Below, piece by piece: positions 1-11,600 of a DNA stretch of 64,000 bases (within the stretch, counting starts at the first letter, position 1; each line of letters begins with the position of its first letter). This DNA is from Lytechinus pictus (taxonomy: Eukaryota). The translations under genes and the position numbers were made by a program. The notes under the pieces were generated by a model. That model was given only the letters and a program-made list of their open reading frames with translations, had not been told where the DNA came from and did no database searches. The stretch is from contig NC_087251.1 in assembly GCF_037042905.1 (NCBI RefSeq), forward strand, positions 10,480,001-10,544,000, in the 5' to 3' direction.

Positions 1-339
1 CAATGACACACAACCGGAAGACAAGAAAAAACGATTGTATGTAACTTGGAGTTGATGTTAGTGTTACCCAAACAAATGACATTAAAATGTAATCGCTGTC
101 TACGGATATGATCTGTTGGAACCCACAGTGTATTTCATCAGCCTCCTGTTTCGCGACTGCGAATTTTAGTGCTCGGATTCTACGTTTACAGTTTAAGTTT
201 AATTTTTTTACCTTTATTCTGAAGTCGTTAAATTTACCTCGGTGCATCATCCTCATGTTGGTCATCTGGGAAATTTTGCGCTCGGATTCTACGTTTACGC
301 TAATTATTGAGTGGCCTTTTGTCTTTCCGCGACATCTTT

Positions 340-1420
340 GGAAGTAGTTGAAATTATGCTGAAAGTCAAACAGGGAAGGAAAAATGTGATCAAGTCCGCA
401 ACGTCTCCTCGCTCGCAGAAAGCTGGGATTGGGAATGCATCGACCATCCCGGTCGTCGTAGAGGACGTCACTGGAGCCGGCACAAGTAATATAAACAGTG
501 AGTCTGTTTCTGTAGGGGCTCCCTGGCCCATAGTTACCCCTCCCAGCGCTACGAATAGTTCTGAGGCAACCCATGAAATTCACATCCCCCAGCTACTCCT
601 GTTACCCTCAACAATGCTTCCAGCATTACCCCTTCGTCACAGCCGGCTATGCTGAGCTGTTTGTGTGATGAGCTGGGTAGTGAGGTTTCTGTTGGAATTA
701 AAGAAAAAATTTGGAGCAGTGAATACATTGATCTAGGTTTGCTGCTAAAAAGGGATGCAGGTAGATTCCCCTCAATCTTTCAGCCTCTGTTCTACAGGGG
801 CTGCAGTAGTTTTGCGGCCAAATAGCAAGCCCCCTGTGCTGTCTAATATTGAACAGTGGATGTCAGCTATTCTGATATTCGCGTTGATCTATCTAGAGTG
901 TCATCCAGCCCGGGCTAGGGAATTGTTAAAGTACATGGACATCGTACGTTCCATTGTTAGATATGTGGGGTTTAATTGGCGGTCTTATGACGCTCAATTT
1001 CGCCTCCGTCAGGCGTCAGCCTTTTAGATCCTGGACGTCAATCGATACTGACAATTACAACAGCGAGCAACAGGTTTCAACATCCTGCCTTGTCATCCCT
1101 CGCTTCCCGGAGTCAGCCCTTTCATCCATACGGTCGGAGAAAAGGCCGCACGCACCTGTCTTGGCCGTATGGGTCAAACCGCATCGTCAGCCCCCGACCC
1201 CCACTGCTCTGTTTTGCATTCAATGACACCGGATCAAGCAGCCGAATTGACTGCCGTTTTCTGCACAGATGCAGAAACTGTGCAACCTCCCATGGTGCCC
1301 ACGCTTGCATCAAACCCACCGCCGCCGCCAGCAGCAAGCGGGTGCCAGGCCCAAACACCAATTAATTTGAAATGTATGCTTCCTTTTCTAAATAAGTACC
1401 CTGGACGCGATGATGCCAAT
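340..1420 (+). mobile_element. Degenerate DIRS/Ngaro-like (tyrosine recombinase retrotransposon) gag with the start of pol; frameshifted and truncated
   Basis: Frame-broken peptides VSVGIKEKIWSSEYIDLGLLL, IEQWMSAILIFALIYLECHPARARELLKYMDIVR...NWRSYDAQFRLRQA, a Cys/His knuckle CFAFN....CRFLHRCRNCATSHGAHAC, and an overlapping TPINLKCMLPFLNKYP. This is the usual gag to pol order of invertebrate DIRS-type elements. Confidence 0.75.
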
Positions 1421-1542
1421 TTCAAGAGAATTGGTTGAAAATTGAGAAAGTAGTTTGATGCACAAGATTTGCAACGGACTGACCAACCGACTAACCAATT
1501 CCCATATACCCCCTTCAAACTTCGTTTGGCGGGGGTATAATG
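1418..1542 (+). mobile_element. 3' end of a Helentron/HINE-like non-autonomous element
   Basis: Terminal stem-loop tataccccc-ttcaaacttcgtttggc-gggggtata at about 1506-1539, preceded by short (gacc/gact)-type repeats. It cuts off the DIRS-like pol abruptly. Confidence 0.45.
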
Positions 1543-2232
1543 AATCACAGCCCAGTCATTAGAAGACAAATGCTTACGGATTACAACAATATCATAACTC
1601 ACATTGTTGTGTCCTTAAAATCTGTTATCCTATCATTTTAAGTATTTGAAATTTTTACATAATTAAGCTTTCTTTCCATGATCTGTTCATCTGTTTTTGT
1701 AAAAAATAACAAATGATTTTGTAATTGATGTATTTATGTACATGTATTTTAAGGTATATTCTTTTTCTGTATGTCTGTGCTTTCTTGCATTTTTTCTTCA
1801 GCACACATTATCAAATCACTGGAGTATCTGCATGTGGACATTCTTCCTGTGCGACTCTACTATTCATCACAAAGAGTAAGGCCGAGTTGTCTCACAGTGA
1901 CATATTACTGTGACGCAAGCCATCCCTATTCCACTCCACGGGACAAAGAAAAGTGAAGTGCGGAAGAAGAGTGAGGGGTAACAACATTGGTCAAGATGAA
2001 TTTCCTTTGGCAAACCAAGGCGTCGACAGGGTTACACAAGTAGTTATTTTCATATTGTGTAGTTCCCAGGATTTGCTGCGAACTTGAGTTATGATTGTTA
2101 TTGTTTTATTTCTACTGCTTTGATTAGCCGTGCACCTCCAACTACTCTGTTAGCGCAGACCCATATTTTGACACCTTAAATTATAACATATCTAGAGTAA
2201 AGAACACACTCCAAAGACTCTGTGTCAAATAA

Positions 2233-2612
2233 TATCCCTTTCATAAACCCAATTACGCGGCTAATAGCAGCATAATTTGGTCGTAAAATCGGAGGAGGAC
2301 CAGAGTTATCCGCATTATTTTTATGCTGCAATTATCCGCATAATAGCAGCATCGGGACAAGATTTTGAGTTTATGAACGTATTTCCAAATAATGCGGATA
2401 ATTGCCATGGTGCGGTCACAAGGTCACCCTTTTCCAACATAACCGCATCGGAGGGGGCGTATCCAGTTGTCATGACGATTATCCGCCTTTTTCAGGATGG
2501 GCGCTCGTAAAAATAATGCGGATAATTTTCGGAGTTTGTGAACGCAATTTTTATTGAATTATCCGCATTACTATTAGGCGGCTAATTGGAGGATAGGTTT
2601 ATGAAAGGGGTA
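2233..2612. mobile_element. MITE, about 380 bp
   Basis: Terminal inverted repeats ta(t/c)ccctttcataaacc...ggtttatgaaaggggta. Internal repeated attatccgca/tgcggataat motifs. Confidence 0.75.
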
Positions 2613-3499
2613 TAAGAGTCTGTGTAGTACAGTCAGCACATATTTTGTATTATCTTTAATATCATTATATTATTTACTTTGTTTCCTTTTTCAAATGAGC
2701 TTTAAAAAAGTTTCATGAGGTTAAAGGAGAGTGACAAGAATTGAATATTATTCAGACATTTTGGTTTGACTATTAATTAAATGATTTTAATGTATTTATT
2801 TTGTTCAGACTGATGACGTAATGGCAACTACAAGGCAGAAAATGTCAAGGCAACAATTCTGTGACATGGTTTCAAGGGTTTATAGTGCCAGTGGATTCCA
2901 GTTTTTTCTAGTTATAATGCCAAACAATGTTTCATGATACCAGTAACAACCAGTTTATAAAAATACCAGTGACAACCAGTTAAAGTATTAGTTGGAACCA
3001 CAATCCCCAAATGGTCCTAAACTAATTCAACTAAAATCCGGTTTCCTATTGGATCTAACTTGTTTCAGTTTGTTACGTTGCTTTCAAATGAAAATGAAAT
3101 GTCCCAATTGAAACAAGTCCAATTAAATTGAATATTTCCCAGTTGAGACCAGTAGGAAATGGAATTTTCAACTGTATATGGAAACCAACTACAAAAAGTT
3201 AACTGGAATCAGTTCAACTGAATTTCAACTGGGATTAACTGGGTACTATTTTTAGCCTAAGGGACGCCCTCAAAATCCCAGTACAATCAGGGCAATTCCA
3301 CGTTTTCCAAACCCTGTATCAGAAAGTGTTTCCTTTTACCCCAAGATTAACTAATTGTGTATACTAAGTCTAAGAGGAAAATGGTTTAGATCAAGCTAAA
3401 AGGGGGAGGAATATGCATATTGCATTTATTGTCAGCAAGATTTTGAGATCATTAGGGGGGGAGCCAATGACATCACGTGGCACAGGTCAAAGAATTGGC

Positions 3500-4200
3500 A
3501 TGTAGGCTATAAGCAAGCTGAAGTGAATGCATCCAGGATATTACAGAAAATAAGATCATTCTTTGGTAAGAAGAAAGACACATCTGTTATTGATACAGAT
3601 GTTCACTTTACAGATTTTTTAGTTGAGCACAACATCACCTTAAATGCTTTTGGTCATACTGGACAACTGTTTCCACAATATGTTTCGGGACTAAAAAGTT
3701 GCAAAGGAATATGCTGCTGCTCATACAAAACAACAAATGTGATGCATTCTCTAGCCGACAATGAAACAAATGTCTGGTAGCTAATGTGACAAAATCAAAC
3801 ATACAGCATCGCTACCGACGGGAACACCGACCAAGTTGCAGTCAAATTCTATCCTGCTCTACTAAAAACATTTCATGAGAACATTGGCAAGGTAGTGTGT
3901 GAACTTCTGTTGCTCAGAGAATGTTCCGAAAACTCAACTGGTGTGAATATTTTCAAATGGATAGTGAATTGAAAAACTGGGGAATTTTTGGATAAATTGT
4001 GTCAGTTTTGGAACTGATAACACATCGGTTATGCATGGTAAGCATAAGGAGTAAAAACATACATTCAGATGGAAAATCCCATTGTGTATATTTGTGGTTG
4101 TTCCTGTCACCTCATGCATCTGTCTGCAAAGAAAAGTGGAAAGTCTCTTCAGCTTCAGTTTAATGATCTTCTCATTGACATCTGGTACTATCTTTATAAC
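3500..4200 (+). pseudogene. hAT-superfamily transposase remnant
   Basis: Fragments FTDFLVEHNI, YSIATDG, KFYP, TGVNIF, NCVSFGTDNTSVMHG, YICGCSCHLMHL (CxxH motif) and DLLIDIWYYL in collinear order, with stops and frameshifts. Confidence 0.8.
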
Positions 4201-4759
4201 TACTTTTTATACATTTCAGTCAGGTCAGAACATGGTCTGAAGTCAAGACTATCACCTGACTTAACGCATGCCGTGTCCAATGCTAGGCCGCATTCTACAT
4301 CAGAGGAAAATAAAATATACCTCAAAATTAAGTGCTCCTTCGCAGTATTTGCGAGAATCTTGTCTAATTGTTATGGCAGCCTTTTAGTATAATGGATCGA
4401 GAAATGGAGCAGTCAGCTAGCCAAAGATTTGCCAAGCCACAGTAACATTGGCTCCTTGAGTGATGAGATATCACAATCTGGATGCAAGTATGAAGGATAT
4501 CAGTGACTCACGAGGGAGGATGAGAGTTCTCTGCCTCAGAGACACTTTAACTCATCCTGGGACAGGATGAGTTAAATACCATGATATCGATTTATAAAAA
4601 TATTGAGGAAGTTTAAGCAAGCTTGGATGATGCAGCAATGGATATTCTCTTAGACACTAGTAGCATTATGTTTGACAGGACAAGTACATTCATAAATAAG
4701 ATGTAATAAATTGCTGAAGGAATATTGCAAGGACATTGTCCCTCTTACAGTCGATTTTA

Positions 4760-5290
4760 TCATAAACTGTCAAATACAGAAAAGTTGTCTCTAGCACAGC
4801 TATGCAAATTTCACATCACCCCCTCACACACCATCTTAAAAATATTCTATCAGCTTGGTATTCACAAACCACTCAAATTTACCGATAGTAAAAAATAGAT
4901 GCAAATGAAATAATTACTAAAAGTGGTCTCATGTTCTCCGAATCTACACGGATGCTTCTAGGTCACAAGATGGAAGAACGGGTTCAGCTTTTCATATACC
5001 AAAACTTCAAGTAAGAAAAAAGTTCAGATTATGCAAAGTAAATATGAGAGCTGAATTGGCAATTAAGAAATTAACAAGTTCACATGTGCGATTCTTTTAT
5101 TAATGATTTTTTCCTATAGACAGACTTAAAAAAGAAGATTACGAATATCTTATTTCTGTCAAATTTTCATTTCAATAAATGTATTCTATGGTATAGATGA
5201 AGGACCCGCATGACTTGGAAATATCTCTAAAGGAGTTGCTGCTCGAGATAAGTTCAATCCAGGGAGAGAGTATTCCTCTACAGAGCTGGG
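4760..5290 (+). mobile_element. Non-LTR retrotransposon remnant (RNase H domain, I/Nimb/Ingi-like)
   Basis: About 4935-5070 translates LRIYTDASRSQDGRTGSAFHIP...KFRL...AELAI, the IYTDGS...AEL RNase H signature of I-group LINEs. Heavily decayed, boundaries approximate. Confidence 0.6.
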
Positions 5291-5650
5291 GGGGGGGGGG
5301 GGTTCGAGATAAGTTCAATCCAGGGAGAGAGTATTCCTCTACAGAGCTGGGGGGGGGGGGTTCGAGATAAGTTCAATCCAGGGAGAGAGTATTCCTCTAC
5401 AGAGCTGGGGGGGGGGGGGTTCGAGATAAGTTCAATCAAGGGAGAGAGTATTCCTCTACAGAGCTGGGGGGGGGGGGTTCGAGATAAGTTCAATCCAGGG
5501 AGAGAGTATTCCTCTACAGAGCTGGGGGGGGGGGGGTTCGAGATAAGTTCAATCCAGGGAGAGAGTATTCCTCTACAGAGCTGGGGGGGGGGGGTTCGAG
5601 ATAAGTTCAATCAAGGGAGAGAGTATTCCTATACAGAGCTGGGGGGGGGG
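5243..5650. repeat. Minisatellite, 7 copies of about 58-61 bp, each ending in a G10-15 run
   Basis: Unit ttcgagataagttcaatc(c/a)agggagagagtattcctctacagagct(G)n with n = 15,12,13,12,13,12,10. Confidence 0.95.
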
Positions 5651-5867
5651 ACATAATCATCCAAATAAATCACCTTCTAAAGCCCTTTTTACATTTCAGA
5701 TTTTTAGACCCTAAACAAGGATTTTATGTCTTGCATGGTTTGAAGAGTCATCCCAAAATTTCCAACCCTTTCTGGATATCTTAAAAATTCTTGATACCCC
5801 TGAATTTGATACCTCTTTCCGAGATTTTTTCTTCAAATTATGAATTGGCTTCAGTGAGACATACACA

Positions 5868-6120
5868 ACAGGGTTGTCTGGGGTGGGAAATATTGGTGGT
5901 AAATACCGGGAAATACATTTTTGAGTTAAATGGGAAATAGTTGATAAAGCAGGGAAAAACTACAAAATATACTTCTTGAATATTTTCAGGTATTGTCCAG
6001 GTGTTTCTCAGGCATATTCTTCCATTTCCCTGTACCTCTCCGTACATCTTAAGTATTTCCAAACATTTACAAGTTTTCCCAGTATTTCCGGGGAAATTTC
6101 CAACCCCGATACACAACTTG
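5868..6120. mobile_element. Decayed hAT-like MITE
   Basis: Imperfect inverted ends cagggttgt..ggggtgggaaat / atttccaaccccg..acaacttg. gggaaa motifs in the left half are mirrored by tttccc in the right half. Confidence 0.55.
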
Positions 6121-6883
6121 GGAGCACCAATGGTAGATAAAAGTGAAAACAACCATGTTTATGTTTATCAGAGAAGCAACTGAATTTTCATAGCCACAAG
6201 ACTGGTTCCAGTGTCTTCCAACTGTTTAAATTAATCACTTCCTGTATACGATCACCCACACAGACATGGACCACCCACATCAATGAGCACACATTCTTGA
6301 GTTTAACAAAACCCCATTAAATCAGTGAATTAGAATATTTCAACAAGGGATGCCAGAAAAATGATCAGAATACCGGTATTTTATCTGTACTTCTACGCAG
6401 AAAGGAAATCAAGAAGGCCTAAATTAAACTGTTTTAATGTGATTTAAGGCTTTTGGCTAAAAAACTGGCCCTCCTGTTCAGGGAAAGAAGACGCAATCAT
6501 CGGAATCACTGCCATACTATCCTCACAGATACATTCTGCCTACCAATGAGCATGTATTCCATTGAAGATTATCACTCTCCTCACTGGCCTGCACTGCAGT
6601 ACTGGAGATCCATGCTGTGCTGTTACCAATGCATTCAGGGATCTCCTGTGTTTCTTTTGTACAATTCACATCGTACAAGTGCGAACGGATCACAGACGGA
6701 CTGGGAAATGAGGGGGGGGGGGGAGAAAGGAAAACAAAGAAGATTTCAATATTACATATTCAACATATTTTCAGATACAAAACTAAATAAAAACCAGTTA
6801 CATTACTACTGCTCATTACATTAACAAAATTTCAATGTGCTTTGTATATAACATTCCATTATATTAAGGATTATATTATTCTA

Positions 6884-8375
6884 CAGTCATGGACATGTCA
6901 TGGACGCAGGTACATCTCATGAAGTAAACACTTTCTAACTTTACAGAAAATCCTCTGATTTTTTACGAATATGTTTCAAATTAATTCCAATGATTCAAAT
7001 ATTATTTGGTAGCAGTGATAAAAGATTTAATCCAACCACCTTAAAATAGTGACATAATCTCATATAGGCCTATTTTCAGCTGGACAAAAGTCATGTCACA
7101 ATTTACAAATCATTCAGACTGAATCAACAAACTTCGTTTCTGACATCATATCAACATCAAACCAACTGCAACACCAGGAATTAACACTTTAGTATCTGCT
7201 GTGACTTCCTTTGGCCTTGATAACAGTTGCCATATGACTTGCTGACGACGTTTGGGATGTAGTTCAATGGAAGATTCATCCAAAAAGTCAATTTTTTTCC
7301 ATTTTTCTAGAGTCCATCCATTCTCAACACTACAATACATCCCAAACGTCATCAGCACTGCCGGCGATCAAGTGGCACCTGTCTAAATGCGAGGTACACC
7401 CAGAAGACCGTCAAATTTGGAGGTGGGAAAATAATGTTGTGGGGCTACATCAGATATGGTGGTGCAAGAAAGATCTGCAGAGTAGATGGGAACATTAACA
7501 GCATTAAGTATCAACAGATTCTGACGTCTACCTACATTCCCACCTACAAGAAAGGGCAGATTTTCCAGCAGGACAGAGTTCCTTGTCACACTTCAGCTTC
7601 CACCAATAAATTTATTCTAATGCTCACGAAGATCAAATGTCTTGAAAATTGGCCAACACAGTCTCCAGATATCAACATTATTGCGCATGTATGGGACAGA
7701 ATGAACAAGGAACATGGAAAACAAAGCCAAAGAATGTGGGGGGGGGGGGGGGTTGTGGAATGATTGTTAGGCCGCCTTTTATGCCATTCCTGATGCCTAC
7801 ATTAACCAGGGGTGTGAGTGGTCACAAATAAAAAGATCTGAAAAAAGCTGAAGAGTGTTGAAAAACTCTGAAATAGAAAGAGCTCCCAAAGTTTTTGTAC
7901 AAAGGCCCAAAATAAGCTGGAATTAAGCTGAAAATCAAAAAAAAAAAATCTGAAATCAGATAAAAATCTGAACTCTCACACCCCTGATTAACTTACATTA
8001 GTGTACGACTCTCTCCAAAGACGTATGGCAACTGTTATCAAGGCCAAAGAAAGTCAAAGCAGATACTACGAGTTAATTCCTGGTGTTTGCAGTCAGTTTG
8101 ATGTTGATGTATCAGAAACGAAGCTTGTTGATTCAGTCTGAATGATATGTAAATTGCACCATGACTTTTGTCCAGCTGAAAATTGGCCTATTTAACATTA
8201 TTTTGTTACTGTTCTAAGAAGGTTGGATTAAATGTTTTATCACTGCTACCAAATATTTGAATCAGTAGAATTCATTTGAAACATATATAGTCATAAAAAT
8301 CAGAAGATTTTGGGTAATGTTAGAAAGTGTTTACTTCATGAGAAGTACCTGCAACAAGATTTATGTCCATGACTG
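6884..8375 (+). mobile_element. Tc1/mariner element with long (about 290 bp) inverted repeats and a deleted, rearranged transposase
   Basis: TA|CAGTCATGGAC...GTCCATGACTG|TA ends; 6884-7180 mirrors 8085-8375. Peptides TVKFGGGKIMLWG, YQQIL, IFQQDRVPCH, NWPTQSPDINII..VW and RRMATVIKAK are Tc1 DDE motifs. Confidence 0.9.
7807..7986. mobile_element. hAT-like MITE with 6-bp TSD, nested in the Tc1 transposase
   Basis: TIR CAGGGGTGTGAG...CTCACACCCCTG; direct repeat ATTAAC at 7801-7806 and 7987-7992. Confidence 0.85.
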
Positions 8376-8673
8376 TATATCTAAAGCGCCTGAATAGACA
8401 CATGAAAGCCAAGGCATCCACTTCTGACCATGACACCTTGGGCAAGGCATTTCTATACATTACTTTTTTATCATACAGAGAATAAATGAATATGCTACAG
8501 GTACAATGTGTCCAAACATATGCAATTTATTCATTTTTCAATAAAAAAGGCAAAGTTCACATTATACAATTCACACTGTACAAATCATATCAATACATCT
8601 AAAAAATAAAAATAAACAAATGGAATCAAATAACAGAAAATGAAGAATACTTACAGCATTGCCAAATGATCTT

Positions 8674-11600
8674 TCATATTCCGGCAGGGAGAGTGTACAT
8701 CATCATGAACTCAAAATCTCTGTAGCTTACACGGCCATCACCATCTCCATCTAGTTCACTTAAAAAAAAAAAAGGAATAAATTTCAACTAATATGATTTC
8801 ATTATTCAGTAAAAGAACATTATGAAGATGTTTGTAAAGAGGAAGGAGTGATTCTCATTCAGAAAAATATAGCAAACTAATTTCAAGAACCATTTTAGAT
8901 CACAGGTTAAGATAAACCTATTATGTGTATCAAAAGCCAGCATATTGATCAAAGAGAAGCTAAAAGAAAATTAATGGAAGTATAAAAGTAGGAAATTAGC
9001 TTTTTTACACATCCCCTTTCATATTCTCTAGTGAAGGTCTATTACAAATCAAAATTAATAATATTCTTGGTAAATTTCACCATACAAGCTACAGTGTTTG
9101 GGTTCATTCAAATAAATTCAAATGTTTAATGTCTTCCTTATAAACTTTATAAATCAATTTAGTCTTTACCTGAATGCTTTCTGGATATGGTGAGGCTGGA
9201 TCTTTGGAGCTACCAATTTGCAGGCTTTCTCTACATCTTCAAGAGTAAGAAATCCTCTACCTACACATTAAGATACACCAATGACATTGACTCTTTCATC
9301 ATACTTCATTCAATCCCAAATTTCTTTATGAAACATATGAACTTGATTATCGTAAAAAAATTCAATTTAAGTTTTAGATTAGTTAAACGGGTAAGAATCC
9401 TTAACATGTAGACAACTTTGTAGCATGAATGCAATATGAATAAATAATTTGGATCCATATTCTATGTAGCAGATATTTGTAAGTTGTACAATTATCATTT
9501 TAAATGTATAAGGTAATTTTCCACATTATTAGCACTTAAAAAACAGAAACAAAAAATACTGTAAAAACCTCAACATGTGGAAATGAAAATTGACATCTTT
9601 GTACATGTACAAGAGAGAGTCCACACCACTTTGGACATCTCTATTAAACTTGCAGTTAACAGGTTATAAAGAAGGGACATAAGGCTGAGAACATAATACA
9701 AAGAATCATACACAACAATGAAGATACAGCAAAATAACCTTCATCCTATATCTGGAGTCACCAAAACTCTTCATTCTATAAACTCTCTTGGGAATCAAAG
9801 TCTTGTACTTACATTTAGAGTCAAATGCCACAAATATTTGTCTGATTTTTTCATCTGGGTCTTGTGCTGCCAATTTGGGTTTCATTGCAGATTTGAATTC
9901 ATTCAATGTTATACCTTTGTGGGAAAAAGAATACCGTAGCTACATGAGTTGCATAAAATCAAGTGGGTGAAAAGGTAATTTAGAGGTCAAGGTGAGTCAG
10001 TGAATCAGGATTTATCTACTAGAAATAAAATTTTGTTTTAACATTACTTTCAAATGTTACACTTCATCAATAAGTGTTTTTATATTTTTTAAGGATTTAA
10101 ACATATATTCTATTATTAAGATTGAACTGAGAAAGAAACTGTTTTAAAGTAATCAGAAAATATAATCAATAATGCACCAAAGAATTGTTGTATCATGTGA
10201 AATCATAGAGTCACATGCACTGCACACAGAAACGAATATGAGGGACACAACACATATTCAGCCTGAACATTTCAGCCACTTTTTTGCCAGATTTAACATA
10301 TAAAGGCAGCTGAAGAGCAATCCTTTACAGAGGACCTAAGTGTGTTTACCATAATTAACATTCTTCCTAAATACCTGGAAGCTCACAATGATCGTTTGCA
10401 TCTTTTCCACATTAAAAGTTCAATTAATGAAAATAAGAAATTTCCATTGAGATTTAAGAAATTATGGACAACTATGAAAACCCACTTCTTTCAATACATC
10501 AAATAGCTTAATCAGGAATAATATAGAAAGCAATTAGAGTATGTTATTCTATTCCCAATTTTGTTTGCTTTTGTCTTTCAAAGGGGATGTGTATCTTTCA
10601 AATATTTTCAAAGCAATGCTCCAATCTTCATTTCACTACTTAAATACTTTTAAGAAGTTTGTTGTCTTGAACTCACCAGGTCCATCAATATTTTTCATCA
10701 GCTCATCAACCTCAAACTAGAGAAGAAAACAAACAAATCATTTATATTTTAAGTCAATACTTGTGTCTCATGCATTATTTCTATTGCATCCTACAACAAT
10801 CAAGTTTAAAACAGTTAGTGTTCATTGTCTTAAAAACTATGACAAATCCAAAAGTCAAACCACATTCAATTTTCACTCACTTGTCCAGTTACAGAGTACA
10901 TTATTGCATTCTCATGACCTTTAAGGCCAACATTAAACAAATGTTTCATTTAATTAGGTCTGAGTGACAAATAATACTTCTTTAATTTTTTTCTAAAGTT
11001 ATCAATGTTGCATTAAACAAACTAACAAAATGAAAATTGTAAAGCATATATTCACAGGTGTATTCCTTTTACCATGTCTACCCCCTTAGACCTTCCTGGC
11101 TATTAAAGCTGGTTAATACATCAAATTAAACTTGACACGAGACAATGAAATTCATTAAATATAACCTACCAGCTCATGTCAAAATCCATCATGGTTTGGA
11201 AAAAATGAATGTTTACTTTATGAGGCCATATGGAAAAAGTTTGAGAAAGTTTTCAAATAATATATACTGTAGAAGCTGTTATTTTCGCGTACAGAATTTT
11301 TCGCGAATCGCGGGGGTCCCGACATTTTCGCGGGTTGTTAAATTAGCGAACGGAAGATGTAGTAAACATTTCCACAGCATTTAAAAGAAGTAAAACTAGT
11401 GCTAATCACATGCAAATCTCTTCTCACAGACTCTGTGCTGATGTGTCTTTTATACATAAATATGTCCCTGTAAAAACAGTTACAAACTGTGGAAAAAGGT
11501 GGTTTAAATTTCAATTTTTTTACCTTTAGATCTGAAAATTCATCATGCCACAGTTTGATCTGTAATTTATAGGGTTAAGCAATCTTTAGAAAATGTGTTT

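Noticed and set aside
5243..5650. CRISPR-like regular repeat and the repetitive 110-aa ORF 5278..5610
   Set aside because: There are no unique spacers (only G-run length varies), no cas genes, and the context is eukaryotic. The ORF is a by-product of the repeat.
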